DNA of 63,025 nucleotides, counting the filler, from Octopus bimaculoides (Eukaryota): assembly GCF_001194135.2 (NCBI RefSeq). It is 6 parts of 4 records of this genome, joined end to end, with 100 filler letters (N's around TTAATTAATTAA, not from the genome) between each part and the next. Parts side by side here need not be neighbours in the genome. Positions count along the whole stretch, not along the records: positions 18,224 to 40,940 come from NC_068982.1; positions 41,041 to 44,030 come from NC_068989.1; positions 44,131 to 47,192 come from NC_068981.1; positions 47,293 to 61,552 come from NC_068982.1; 2 more parts are not named here. One strand, written 5' to 3'. Positions 39,309 to 51,706 of the stretch are shown in pieces. The notes beneath the pieces are model-generated. The model did no database searches and was not told the DNA's origin. It was given only the letters and a program-made list of their open reading frames with translations. Position 1 is the stretch's first letter; each line of letters opens with the position of its first letter. The translations under genes and the position numbers were made by a program.

Positions 39309-39356
<48 letters not shown>

Positions 39357-39414
39357 AACACTCACACACCTGTGTGTAAATGTATGTATATGTTTATATA
39401 TTCTTATATATTCT

Positions 39415-39620
39415 TATACTTGTTTCAGTCATGTAACTGCAGCCAAGCTGGAGCACCGCCTTGAAGGGTTTTTTAGTCGGACAAATCAATCCCAGGACTT
39501 ATTTATTAAACCTAGGACTTATTATATCATTCTCATTTGGTGAACCGCTAGTTTACGGGGACGTAAAAATACCAACACCGATTGTCAAGCGGTGATGGGG
39601 GACAAACACAGACACAAAGA
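39415..39620. mobile_element. SINE-tail-like dispersed repeat (tgtttcagtcatttgactg family)
   Basis: Homologous blocks at 8636..8765 and 10385..10585, partial at ~7050..7150, ~52020..52140 and ~59195..59360. Confidence 0.7.
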
Positions 39621-39692
39621 CACACACACATACAAGCATACATACAGGCATACAAACACACACACATATATATACACACACACACACGCAAA

Positions 39693-39732
<40 letters not shown>

Positions 39733-39734
39733 GG

Positions 39735-39870
39735 CGGGCTTCTTTTAGTTTCCGTCTACCAAATCTACTCACTGGCTATAGAAGATACTTTTCCATGGTG
39801 CCACGCAGTGGGACTGGATCCGGAGTCATGTAGTTGGGAAGCAATCTGCTTACCACACTGCCGCGCCTGC
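39735..39870 (-). mobile_element. Copy of the ctatagtagaagac SINE-like repeat
   Basis: gggcttcttttagtttccgtctaccaaatctactcactggctatagaagatac...gtgccacgcagtgggactgg. Confidence 0.75.
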
Positions 39871-39947
39871 TTGTGTATATGAGTATAAGAATAAAAAATA
39901 TATGTATATATTCATACACACACACACACACACACACACACGCGCGA

Positions 39948-39986
<39 letters not shown>

Positions 39987-40730
39987 CGAAATGCCCAATA
40001 ATAATTGGTAACATTACATGGAATATATTCACATATTTATAAGCTTTATTGCAAGGGCTATCTTTTTTTTTACATCAATAGTACTTATATTTATTTATTC
40101 ATTTTAAATAACGAAGTTTATATCAGTACAATCGCTCTTCACTAATATATTTAGACAATCCTTTTTCAACGTTTATGACTAATGTTCAGTATATATGATG
40201 GTGCATCATGTATATGGATTGCGCCTTATACATGTTATACAGAATGATTTTAGTAATTCTGACATGCTCGTTGGATATGGTATATTGTAGCCCATCAATT
40301 ACGAGTAGATAGCAGGAACTGCGCCACTGTAGTCATCGATGGAAATGCATACATCCGTACTGGAAATAATCAATATTTTGATAGTGTTTTACCATTCTTA
40401 GAGGGTTGATATTGATATATGTATGTCTGCGTTTATGAGTGTGCGTGTATATACATAGATACATGCTTACATACATATATGCACACACGCATACGCACAC
40501 ACGCACACAAACACACACGCACGCACGCACACAAACACACATACACGCACACAAACACACACACACAGACTAATATCAATAAAATTATTAAATATCAGAC
40601 GATACACTTGTAGTGAGCCTTTAAGACAAAGCAAAATCTATAAATGTTTGCATACATAAATACAAATACATATACACACACACACTCGCATACATACATA
40701 CATACACACACACATACACACACACACACA

Positions 40731-40822
<92 letters not shown>

Positions 40823-40873
40823 CAAATGTATGTGTATATATGTATGTTTGTGTGTATGAATATGTATATATAC

Positions 40874-40904
<31 letters not shown>

Positions 40905-41040
40905 TGTATGTATGTATGTATGTATGTATGTATATATATANNNNNNNNNNNNNNNNNNNNNNNNNNNNNNNNNNNNNNNNNNNNTTAATTAATTAANNNN
41001 NNNNNNNNNNNNNNNNNNNNNNNNNNNNNNNNNNNNNNNN

Positions 41041-41082
<42 letters not shown>

Positions 41083-41779
41083 TGTGCGCGCGCGCGTGTG
41101 TATTTATATATGTATATCATTGTACTAGTCCAAGCTAAGAGGTGGATTGTGAAGAGTTAGACTCAACTGAGCCATTGTGCTTCTTACATTGATGTTGAAC
41201 GGTGGGATCCTAGAAAATCAACGGTCAGAATCATTAAGCTCGTTCAGGAAAGTAACTGCAACGCATCCATAGGGGCGGCGTCCATGGTTGTGTAATCATC
41301 TAATGAAAGATTCACTATGACTCCAGCCTGAGGACTCTATTCCCATGATCCTCTCGAAAATAGTGGGCGGGGTAGCGACAGAGAGTCAAAGGAATCAGTG
41401 CCACCGAGATCAGATTGTAATTATTGTTACAGTTAGCTTTTGGATTTAATTGCCATTGTACGAAAATAAAAAAATTAATAAGCCTGGCTTAGACAAGTTC
41501 GGGGAAGAGGCACAGACGGAAGTGTTAACTTTTCAATATAAAATATTCTGCGTATTGCGATAGTCAATAAATAAAAATATGATTTTAAAATTTATTTTTT
41601 CAGTGCGGCCTGATGGTGGGGCCTGCAGTGTTAGCGCATACATTCGTCAGTGGCATTTAGTATAATTTCTATCAAGTTAGAAAGACGCCATTGGAATGTC
41701 GAGTTGCTCAGAGCTGCCATAGGTCTTCACAGCCTCCACCAACACCGTCATCATCACAATTTACAATTACTAACTCCAA

Positions 41780-41910
41780 CTGCCACCGTTGCCATCATCA
41801 CAACCAGTCACTCCCACTACAGTCATCAACCACCACTGGTATTTTTACCACCACTATCGCCAGTTACTCCAACCTACAATTACCTACCACCTCCCCTATT
41901 ATCATTACTG

Positions 41911-41983
<73 letters not shown>

Positions 41984-42520
41984 AGCTGATGCCGCCGCCG
42001 CCATCTCTATCACCACCATTACCGTCGCTACCACTACTACCATCACTAACACCACCATCATCACTAGTACTACTACCACCATCACTACCACCACCACNNN
42101 NNNNNNNNNNNNNNNNNNNNNNNNNNNNNNNNNNNNNNNNNNNNNNNNNNNNNNNNNNNNNNNNNNNNNNNNNNNNNNNNNNNNNNNNNNNNNNNNNNNN
42201 NNNNNNNNNNNNNNNNNNNNNNNNNNNNNNNNNNNNNNNNNNNNNNNNNNNNNNNNNNNNNNNNNNNNNNNNNNNNNNNNNNNNNNNNNNNNNNNNNNNN
42301 NNNNNNNNNNNNNNNNNNNNNNNNNNNNNNNNNNNNNNNNNNNNNNNNNNNNNNNNNNNNNNNNNNNNNNNNNNNNNNNNNNNNNNNNNNNNNNNNNNNN
42401 NNNCACCACCACCACCACTAGAGCCATCACCACCACATCATATCTATCACTTCCTTTACTACTACCACCACCACCATCACTGTCATCCCTACCTCCATAA
42501 CCACTACCACCAAGCACCCA
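41780..42520. repeat. (ACT)n-(GCT)n-(ACC)n trinucleotide tract spanning a gap
   Basis: Direct reading; source of the polyL/polyT/polyA pseudo-ORFs. Confidence 0.9.
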
Positions 42521-42958
42521 AAGCTTAACACTCACCCTACCACTCCACACTCATTTATCTACATCATTCACTATTTAAACAACACCTTGTCGCCCATCAA
42601 ACACAAACCACACTCGATAAACTTAACAGATTAATTATTGTCAACCTACCATTACCTTAGTGGCCAAACACTGAATCTATTTGTACTTCTCTTTCTGTTG
42701 TTATTCTCACTCCATAATTCACTCTCTCTAACAATCATTCTCTCTATTCCCCCCCTCTCTCACCGTCTGTCTTTCTCTCTCTCAAGTAATGCGTTCCCCA
42801 CGTACTCTCTGCCTCCCTTTCTTTCTCTTTCTACCGCTCTCCATTTGTGTCTCTCTGTCTCTCTGACTCCCTATTTTTGCCTGTCTGTCTCCGTTTGTCT
42901 GGTTGTGTCTGCTTGACTGTCTGGCTTTCGGTCAGCCTGTGTCTGTGGCTGTCCACCC

Positions 42959-43020
<62 letters not shown>

Positions 43021-43267
43021 GTCTCTCTCTGTACCTCTGTCTGTCCGTCTGTCTACCCGCCTGCTCTCCACAGTCTGTCTATATGTCTGTTTGACTGTCT
43101 GGGTCAGTCCTTGTCTTTCTGTCTGTATTTCCGTCTGACTCCGTCTTTCTGTTTGACTCTGTCTTTCTGTCTGTCTCTGTCTTTCTGTCTGTCTGTCCGT
43201 CTATCAGCCTGCCTGCTCGTCAGTCTGCCTACTCGTCAGTCTTCCTGTCTGTCCCTCTGTCCCTCTC

Positions 43268-43299
<32 letters not shown>

Positions 43300-43839
43300 A
43301 TGTCTGCCTGCCCCCCCCCTCTCTCTTTCTCACTCTTTCTCTCTCCCGCTTCTTTCTCTCAAGTGACTGGTAATAACTGATACTCAGATTTAGCGAAAGT
43401 GATCCCTACCCAGCAAGACGTCAGTATCATACACAACAGCTATAGAGTTATTCACGCGCATACATGCTCTAGAGTTATTCACGCACGCGCACACACCGCC
43501 GCACATTCATCGCATAAACATACGTACACACACACACACGTATGTCACATATATATGTGAACTCGTACACACTCTCATACATGCGCATACATACATTTAC
43601 ATACATTCATGCATACATACCAGCATACGCATACTCCTCTCTCTCTCTCTCACACACGCACACACACACACATACACACTCACATATGCATATTCAGAAA
43701 TAGAAATAACGGGTAGGAGAGAGAGAGAGAGACGCACCGGAACCAAGACAGTGCGTTTTAGTGAGTATTAGGGGGGGGGGATACCCGGCTTTGCTTGGGA
43801 TTAAAATGGCATACTTTGTATATATATAAATTAGGAGCA

Positions 43840-44020
43840 TTCCGTCGGTTACGACGACGAGGGTCACAGCTGATACAATCAACAAAACAGCTTGCTCGTG
43901 AAATTAACGTGCAAGTGGCTGAGCATTCCACAGGCACGTGTACCCTTAACGTAGTTCTCAGGGAGATTCAGCGGGACACAAAGTGTGACAAGGCTGGCCC
44001 TTTTGAAATACAGGTACTAC
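43840..44020 (-). mobile_element. 3' portion of the same SINE family as 46145..46523
   Basis: Shared gctcgtgaaattaacgtgcaagtggctgagca.tccacaggcacgtgtacccttaacgtagttctc...gtgtgacaaggctg; ends close to an assembly gap. Confidence 0.85.
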
Positions 44021-44901
44021 TCATTTTCGCNNNNNNNNNNNNNNNNNNNNNNNNNNNNNNNNNNNNNNNNNNNNTTAATTAATTAANNNNNNNNNNNNNN
44101 NNNNNNNNNNNNNNNNNNNNNNNNNNNNNNTTTTTTTTTTTTTTTTTTTTCATGTTGTTATGCTAACAGATGGAAAATATGCTTCGTTCGAAACCATTCC
44201 ACTCTACATTACTTGACACATGGAATAAAACCTTGAAAATGCATCTTTGATGTTCTCCCTTCGCATCTTCTGAATATATACGCATCAAGAATGACGAACA
44301 AAATATTTTGGAATACTTAGCGTTACAACTCTTCGTGTTCTGATTTCAAATCCTATCAAGATCACCTCTGGCTTTTATTCTTCCGGAAGTTAACTTAATA
44401 AAGTATCATTCAAATATTGGGTTCAGCAAAATCGACAATATTTCTCTTCCTCCTCCTTCTCCAATCCTCCCCTTCTACCTCCCTTTATCTTCCTTATTGC
44501 CTCCTTCCTCTTCTTATCTCCTGCTGCTCCTCTTCTTTATCCCCTCCATACCAGATTCTCTCTCTCTCTCCCCTCTCTTCCTACTTCCTTTCCTTTCTTC
44601 CTTCCTTCTTCTTTCTCCCCTTCCAACACATCTTTCCCTACCACCATCACCACCACCTCCTCCAAAATTCGTGGCCTTNNNNNNNNNNNNNNNNNNNNNN
44701 NNNNNNNNNNNNNNNNNNNNNNNNNNNNNNNNNNNNNNNNNNNNNNNNNNNNNNNNNNNNNNNNNNNNNNNNNNNNNNTCCTCTCCTCTGATGTTATGTT
44801 ACGGTAGAGTCTTGCAATTTCTTTGGGTTGTTGTTCTTCACCATCAGAGAACAGCTCCTCCCGTTTTATGTTCATAGTACATGCGATTCACCGATGCAAC
44901 G

Positions 44902-44962
44902 GGAGTTTGAGAGTCCACGGTGTTTCGACCTTATTGTGTATCTCCTCAGTTAAATCTACTCC
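44902..44962 (-). ncRNA. Hammerhead-like motif with bulged stem I
   Basis: Minus strand: GGAG-TAGA-TTTAA-CTGAGGA-GAT..GTC-GAAA-CACCGTGGAC-TC-TCAAA-CTCC. Core nucleotides are intact and stem I has a 4-nt bulge plus one mismatch. Stems II and III are imperfect. Confidence 0.45.
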
Positions 44963-45305
44963 ATCGGACAAATGAACCTAACAAGAGCGCGAACTCTTCT
45001 TGATAGAAATCAGCAAACAAATTATTTGTTTATGCATGCTGGTATCTGCCCAATCAGATGACACACACCATAACCGGAAACGGAATTTGAACTCAAAATG
45101 GATTCTATAAGGCATCTCCGATTCTTTAACATTCCAACAATCCAGCAACCTGAAATGCTACTTTATTTATGAACCCCGACAGGGTGCAAAGCAGAGATGA
45201 TCAGCTTGGGATTTGAATTCAAGGTGGAGAGAGACTGAATGAATACTGCTAAGCATTCAATTTGATATCTACTGTTTGTGTATGTGCACACGCTTACATA
45301 TATGC

Positions 45306-45384
<79 letters not shown>

Positions 45385-46144
45385 TGTGTGTGTGCGCGTA
45401 TGTGTGTATAATATATATATATACACACACACACATACATATGTGAGTGTGTGTGTGCGTGAATTGGCTGTTTTCTCTTTGTGTTAATTCAGTCTATAAA
45501 TAAAGATTTGTCTCCAATTAGAAAAAAGATCCATTTATAGAATTTTGATAGTAACAGTTGCATACCATACGTTAAACTGTATTTTTCAATTATTCTCCTG
45601 ATTTTAGAAAAGCTTTATATGTCCTTTCTATTCATTAATTTTGTTGAATACTGTTACATGGCCTTGTTTTTCTTTGCCTGAAAATTCCAACATTCGTTGA
45701 AATAGTCGCTTTGCTTAAAAATTTAGTCAGATGAGAGACATTTGCGCAACCACCGAGTCGTTCTTGTTTAACCCTAAATATCCTCCAATCGAACAAAACT
45801 ATGATCATGTGTATTTCATAGCTGTCATCGCCGTCCTTTTTCCCTAACATAAATGTTTCCAGGGCTACATCATTCACTGTGTACCTTTTCTAAGTCGGTA
45901 CTGTGTGACATGTGGGAGATTTGGTTGCTATTTCTAGATGTCGATCGACCAAGTAGAAGTCTCTGTAGTTGGCTCTCTGAATCATAGGTTGCTCCAGTAT
46001 GACTCAGCGTTCATTAAAATATCGAGTTACCTTCAGACCGGAGACTTGCACTGATGCTTGCAATAATCTACACTGTCAAATCCAAACAAAGACAAGAGGC
46101 TGCTATTAAACCAGACAAAGGATTAGGTCTATTATAATGATGTG

Positions 46145-46523
46145 TTGTTGGCACTCCGTCGCTTACGACGTCGAGGGTTCCAGTTGATCCGATCAACGGA
46201 ACAGCCTGCTCGTGAAATTAACGTGCAAGTGGCTGAGCACTCCACAGGCACGTGTACCCTTAACGTAGTTCTCGGGGATATTCAGCGTGACACAGTGTGA
46301 CAAGGCTGACCCTTTGAATTACAGGCACAACAGAAACAGGAAGTAAGAGTGAGAGAAAATTGTGGTGGAAGAGTACAGCAGGGTTCGCCACCATCCCCTG
46401 CCAGAGACTCGTGGTGCTTTAGGTGTTTTCGCTCAATAAACACTCACAACGCCCGGTCTGGGAATCGAAACTGCGATCCTATGACCGCGAGTCCGCTGCC
46501 CTAACCACTGGGCCATTGCACCT
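46145..46523 (-). mobile_element. tRNA-derived SINE, full length
   Basis: Reverse complement begins GGTGCAATGGCCCAGTGGTTAGGGCAGCGGACTCGCGGTCATAGGATCGCAGTTTCGATTCCCAGACC. Its tail matches 43840..44020. Confidence 0.9.
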
Positions 46524-46760
46524 CCACGCATAATGATGTAATCAAGTGTCAATAATCTTCAAGCACATGTGCAATCTATCATTAGAGTAAAATACGAGTA
46601 GTGTGAGATTTCAATAAGTTTTTCTGGGTTTTTAAACTGATTTGGAATGAATTTTTCTCACCAACTTTTCGTTAAGGGATGTTGTAGATAGATATGTCAG
46701 GGCTTTATTTGAGATACACACACACACACACACACAAATAAGCGCGCTCGCTTGTGTGTA

Positions 46761-46975
46761 TAGGCGCATCGCCTAGTGGTTAGGCTGTTGCACTCACAAT
46801 CACTAGATCGTGGGTTCAATTCCCAGATCGAGCGGTGCGTTGTGTTTTTGAGTAAAACATTTCTTTTCACGTTGCTCCAGTCCCTCTTTCGATTAGTGGG
46901 GAATGTTGGCTAAGGTGATGCAAAGTTCATTGTGACCAGTGATGTGTAACAACAGTCTGGCGGTCACGTGATCAT
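46761..46975 (+). mobile_element. tRNA-derived SINE (divergent)
   Basis: GGCGCATCGCCTAGTGGTTAGG...GGGTTCAATTCCC head followed by ttgagtaaaacatttcttttcacgttgctccagtcc; related fragment at 48135..48237. Confidence 0.7.
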
Positions 46976-47014
<39 letters not shown>

Positions 47015-47387
47015 GGTTTATCGGTTACTTATCCATAAGTCAGAAGAAAAGAACCACTCTGAAAGGGGATTTGAGCAGTTAAACTTTCATACCGTAGAGT
47101 AGAATGTTCCTGGGTATGACATATAACTGATTAGAAACTAATGGTAACTTTTTGACTGATTTTATGCCATAACCAGGAATATACTACTCGACNNNNNNNN
47201 NNNNNNNNNNNNNNNNNNNNNNNNNNNNNNNNNNNNTTAATTAATTAANNNNNNNNNNNNNNNNNNNNNNNNNNNNNNNNNNNNNNNNNNNNATATATCT
47301 ATATCATTACTCGATGAACCGATAAACAGTGGAACTGAAAATGGCAGTATTGGTTAATCCAGCATTTGAATACAGTTATACACACGT

Positions 47388-47451
<64 letters not shown>

Positions 47452-48362
47452 GCACGCACGCACACACACTTGTATGTATGTATATATATTCACATGTATA
47501 CGCAAATAGAAATGTGTGTGTCTACAAATACACAACGCTTAGCCAAACAGATTCCATCAACCAAATTCTTCCCACAAATCATCAGTAATCCCACGTTTAC
47601 AAAAGCAGACGCTTGCCGGAAGTGCCACGCAGTAGTATTAAACTCGGTGCTACGTGGTTGCAAAATAAATTACTTGACCACATGTTGTGTCCTTTTGATT
47701 ATTCTTGTGTAAAGAAAAAAAATCATTTAAGCTGTTCGTGATTAGTTATCGTAATAAAATCGGGATTATTCAGATATAAACGTGTGCATTGGCAATATGT
47801 TGCTGTGTGAATATGTATCCGTCAGAGTGTTTCATTCGTCGGTATTAGGGTTAACAAACAACACTTAATTTCCTGTCCTATGAATCTTCTTTTATATCAA
47901 ATACTAATGAAACTGTCTGTTTTCTCTTTCACTTTCTATTTTACTCCCTTTTCTATTTAATTCTTTCCTATTTAATTCACTTTTTCGTCTGTTTCTCTTT
48001 CACTTCTCTAGCGTAAATTCATCCACATGCACACAGCATTTACATATACGTTTGTGCTTGTGGGCGTATGTATGTATGTATGTATGTATGTATGTATATA
48101 TGTATGTATATATGTACGTATGTATGTATGTATGGAGACGCGTGGGTTAGTGGTCTCATGATCATAAGATTCTATTTTCGGTTCGTGGACTGGGTGACAC
48201 GTTGTGTCCTTGAGCAAAACATTTAATTTCACGTTGCNNNNNNNNNNNNNNNNNNNNNNNNNNNNNNNNNNNNNNNNNNNNNNNNNNNNNNNNNNNNNNN
48301 NNNNNNNNNNNNNNNNNNNNNNNNNNNNNNNNNNNNNNNNNNNNNNNNNNNNNNNNNNNNNN

Positions 48363-48401
<39 letters not shown>

Positions 48402-48873
48402 TAATAGAAACAGCTGAGCGCAATATAAAGGAAAAGGAAAAATGATGTTGCCGAAGCACCTACTTTACAAAAAATATAGGTCTCTTGGCAACCTGAGTCA
48501 CAATTAGTGACGATACAATTTTTCCTATATATATATATATATATATACACACATGGATTTGTGTATGCATCATGTCGTTATGCAAGAGTGGTTCAGATGT
48601 GTTCGCACCGCAATCCTGAGATCCCGGGTTTGATATTACCGCATGGCATATTCGGGAGGTGCATTTTTGTTTAGTCTTGTGTTTATGTTTCTTTAAAAAT
48701 TTGCGTTTGATATTTGCCTGTTTACACGAAAAAAAAATCTTTGACTTCTGTGTTCATAAAGTCATACTATTTGTATTTTGCTTCGTTGTTTTATTAAACT
48801 AGAGAATAATTCGGAACTTTATTAAAAATGGTTGTATTACAAAAGAAGAAATAGTTATAATTACTAGTAGAAA

Positions 48874-48889
48874 CACTGCCCCCTGGTGG
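48874..48889 (-). promoter_or_regulatory. CTCF core motif match
   Basis: Minus strand CCACCAGGGGGCAGTG matches CCASYAGRKGGCRSY exactly; it is GC-rich within AT-rich unique DNA. Confidence 0.55.
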
Positions 48890-49458
48890 TTTTCTGTTAG
48901 TCGCTAAATTATATTTACACAGTTGATTCCCAGCTTGTGTAGCTTTTTTGATATCTTAAGTCTAATTTCTCTTTGTATCTTTTATTCGCCTTAGAGAACT
49001 CACTCGCTTAGTAAATAAATTGAGAATAATAGCAAACGCGCAAAGACAGTATTGGAATTTATGAAGAAATCAGCGATTATATCGACTAACCATGTAAAAG
49101 TCCTCTTTTTATCGTATATATGCATATCAAAAGATTTCATAACTTTGCATGATAGTGGACTGGAATGCACACCTTGTACTGACTGGAAAATATCATACTG
49201 AAAATCTTTCTATAGGTTTGAATATGTGATTGTATAACTTATATACTTTGTATTTCTTTTCTGTAGTGGCGTATGTTTGTATATTTAAGTTCAGATAGCT
49301 TATATAAGCACACACTCACGCAAATACAAAGATGGGAAATGATGTTTTCTCATTTCTGTTCATTATATGTCTTAGCGATAATACGAACACAGATCACAGC
49401 CAAGGAATTAACTATCAGAAATAAATAACATGTCATAGTTCATGTCATAGTTCTAATA

Positions 49459-49491
<33 letters not shown>

Positions 49492-51648
49492 TGAGACATG
49501 CAGAGAGAGAGGGAGATAAAGAGAGAGAGAGAGAGACAAATATAGAGACAGAGAGAAAGACAGACAGACAGACAGAGAGAGAGAAGAGAGGAAGAAAAGA
49601 TTTACAAGGAAAGCCGTCTCGCAGGGAATCAAAGTTAATTTTCTGCAATTGAAATCTTCAAGAATAAAAGAGTCTTGAAAACCACATTTTGGTAAAAAAA
49701 TTATACTAAAATTAGAATGTTTAAGAATTTTCTGGACTGTACGGTTTTTAATAATTGCTTTTTTCATTATAGGATAAATCTTTAGAGATGAGTAACAAAG
49801 TAATAAATATATATANNNNNNNNNNNNNNNNNNNNNNNNNNNNNNNNNNNNNNNNNNNNNNNNNNNNNNNNNNNNNNNNNNNNNNNNNNNNNNNNNNNNN
49901 NNNNNNNNNNNNNTATATATATATATATATGCATACCGTTTTACAGACTAAGATAATTATGATTAACAATAACATCAAGAGTGTATTTTCAAAAAATCAT
50001 ATCTCTTAGGAATTGTTATGATTTGACATGATTTTATAGCTATTATTTGGTTCAACTTCTTCAAACGATGATGGCACCAAAGGGGTAATAGTTAAAATGC
50101 TGATTTAATAAACAAGTAATTAATAATTGTTAATTAGCAAGCAATTGACAGTTTAGTGGACAAGCGAGTAACTGATTTGGTGCTTAGACAAAAGGGAAAA
50201 AAAATAAAATAACGAACAAAAAAAATCGATCGACACATAGTTTCAGCAGCGAGGCGAATGTGTAAGCCAATAATTGAATGTTCTTTTGATTAATGAAAAA
50301 GGTGAATAATATTAACCTGTTTAGAAATGCTCACATGATCAATGGGTAAGTAAATTTACAGACAGATGAATAGGTAAAAAGAACGAAGACGATACACTAG
50401 TTAAATAAGCGAAAAGTAGAGTTTGACTAATTGAGGAACAAAAGGACAAAAAAATATATTATCGATTCTATTGTGTAAAACTATGTTAAGGAACAAGACA
50501 ATTAGTTGTACAATCAATTGAATGAATCCCCCATTAATAGCTTCTTCCAGATATCTTAGCACTGTGTCTATGAACTGATAATTTTGTAACCGAAAAATTT
50601 ATTTCGCTATCTCAAAGTATGTGTTCCCACTAGAATTAGCTAAATCTTTTGTCTAAAATTGCACAGACGGAAGCTGTGCTTGAACCCGATGGATATATTG
50701 AAACCAACATTGGAAGACCAGCTAGCCCACATAGTATCATGCTAATGCTGTGATCTTTTCTATAATTCAATGTGCGCATAGTTATGCTGATTAGAATAGG
50801 TGTTTTTTTTGTTTCACTCTACGACAAACCGTCTTCGAAGATATTTGAACTCAGAACAATGTTCTAAAACATGAAATTTCTCTGTAAGCCAGCTAACATT
50901 TCTCCTTAATATAATCAGGTCTGAAAAACTTGTATGCTATAGAACTGTATGACCTAAACTAACATGGGAAAACTTGCAAAAACATTGTTGTATAAATAGC
51001 TTTGTATACATTTTTTTTGGAAGTTACAGATTAGAAGCTGTAATATATTTACTTATAAACTTTTCAATTTACCAGTTGAAAGGCAGAAATATATATAAAA
51101 ATGTTTTACGAGTACGTTAAATCAATTATTTTACAATATATAGCTTGTTTGTAATGTTGATAGACTGAGTTGATGTAACTTCATACCTACAAATCGTGGT
51201 GTAATTCTTCATTGATATTTTATATATTATTTTGGAATGTATGCCTCTCGTTATTCAGCACATCAGCTAGTTGTGTTTATTACAATACATTGTAATCCGA
51301 ATAGATTTAGTCAGGTTTATATTTCTAGGCTTAACAAATCAATATCATTACGCACATTATTGATAAAACTTCCAGGCGTCGGTTACGAACCGTATAAATC
51401 TCGATTTTCTTTCTCACTCTATCTCCCTCACTCTCTCACTCCATAAAAAAAAGAGAGAGCAAAGAAACGACCATTCTTATTTTATTTTTTTAACAGCAGA
51501 CTGTGGTCAGGGAAGATAAGGCATTTGATTCAAGAGTTACTGCTTGAATACAATGGCATCGGATTGAGATATATATTATCCAGTAAATTAAATTAACTTT
51601 TTAATACAAGATTAGTTTTTAAAAGGTTGCATTGCTTCCAGAACACAC

Positions 51649-51706
<58 letters not shown>

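Noticed and set aside
41100-41720. GC-richer unique patch with a plus-strand acceptor-like site at ~41603
   Set aside because: No open frame or recognisable domain on either strand and no paired donor; nothing supportable.
41650-42550. Long ORFs with polyL/polyT/polyA/polyP, superficially mucin- or signal-peptide-like
   Set aside because: They are produced by (ACT)n(GCT)n(ACC)n tracts plus a gap and are open in several frames on both strands.
45635-45877. 80-aa minus ORF in non-microsatellite DNA
   Set aside because: No recognisable motif and no splice context.
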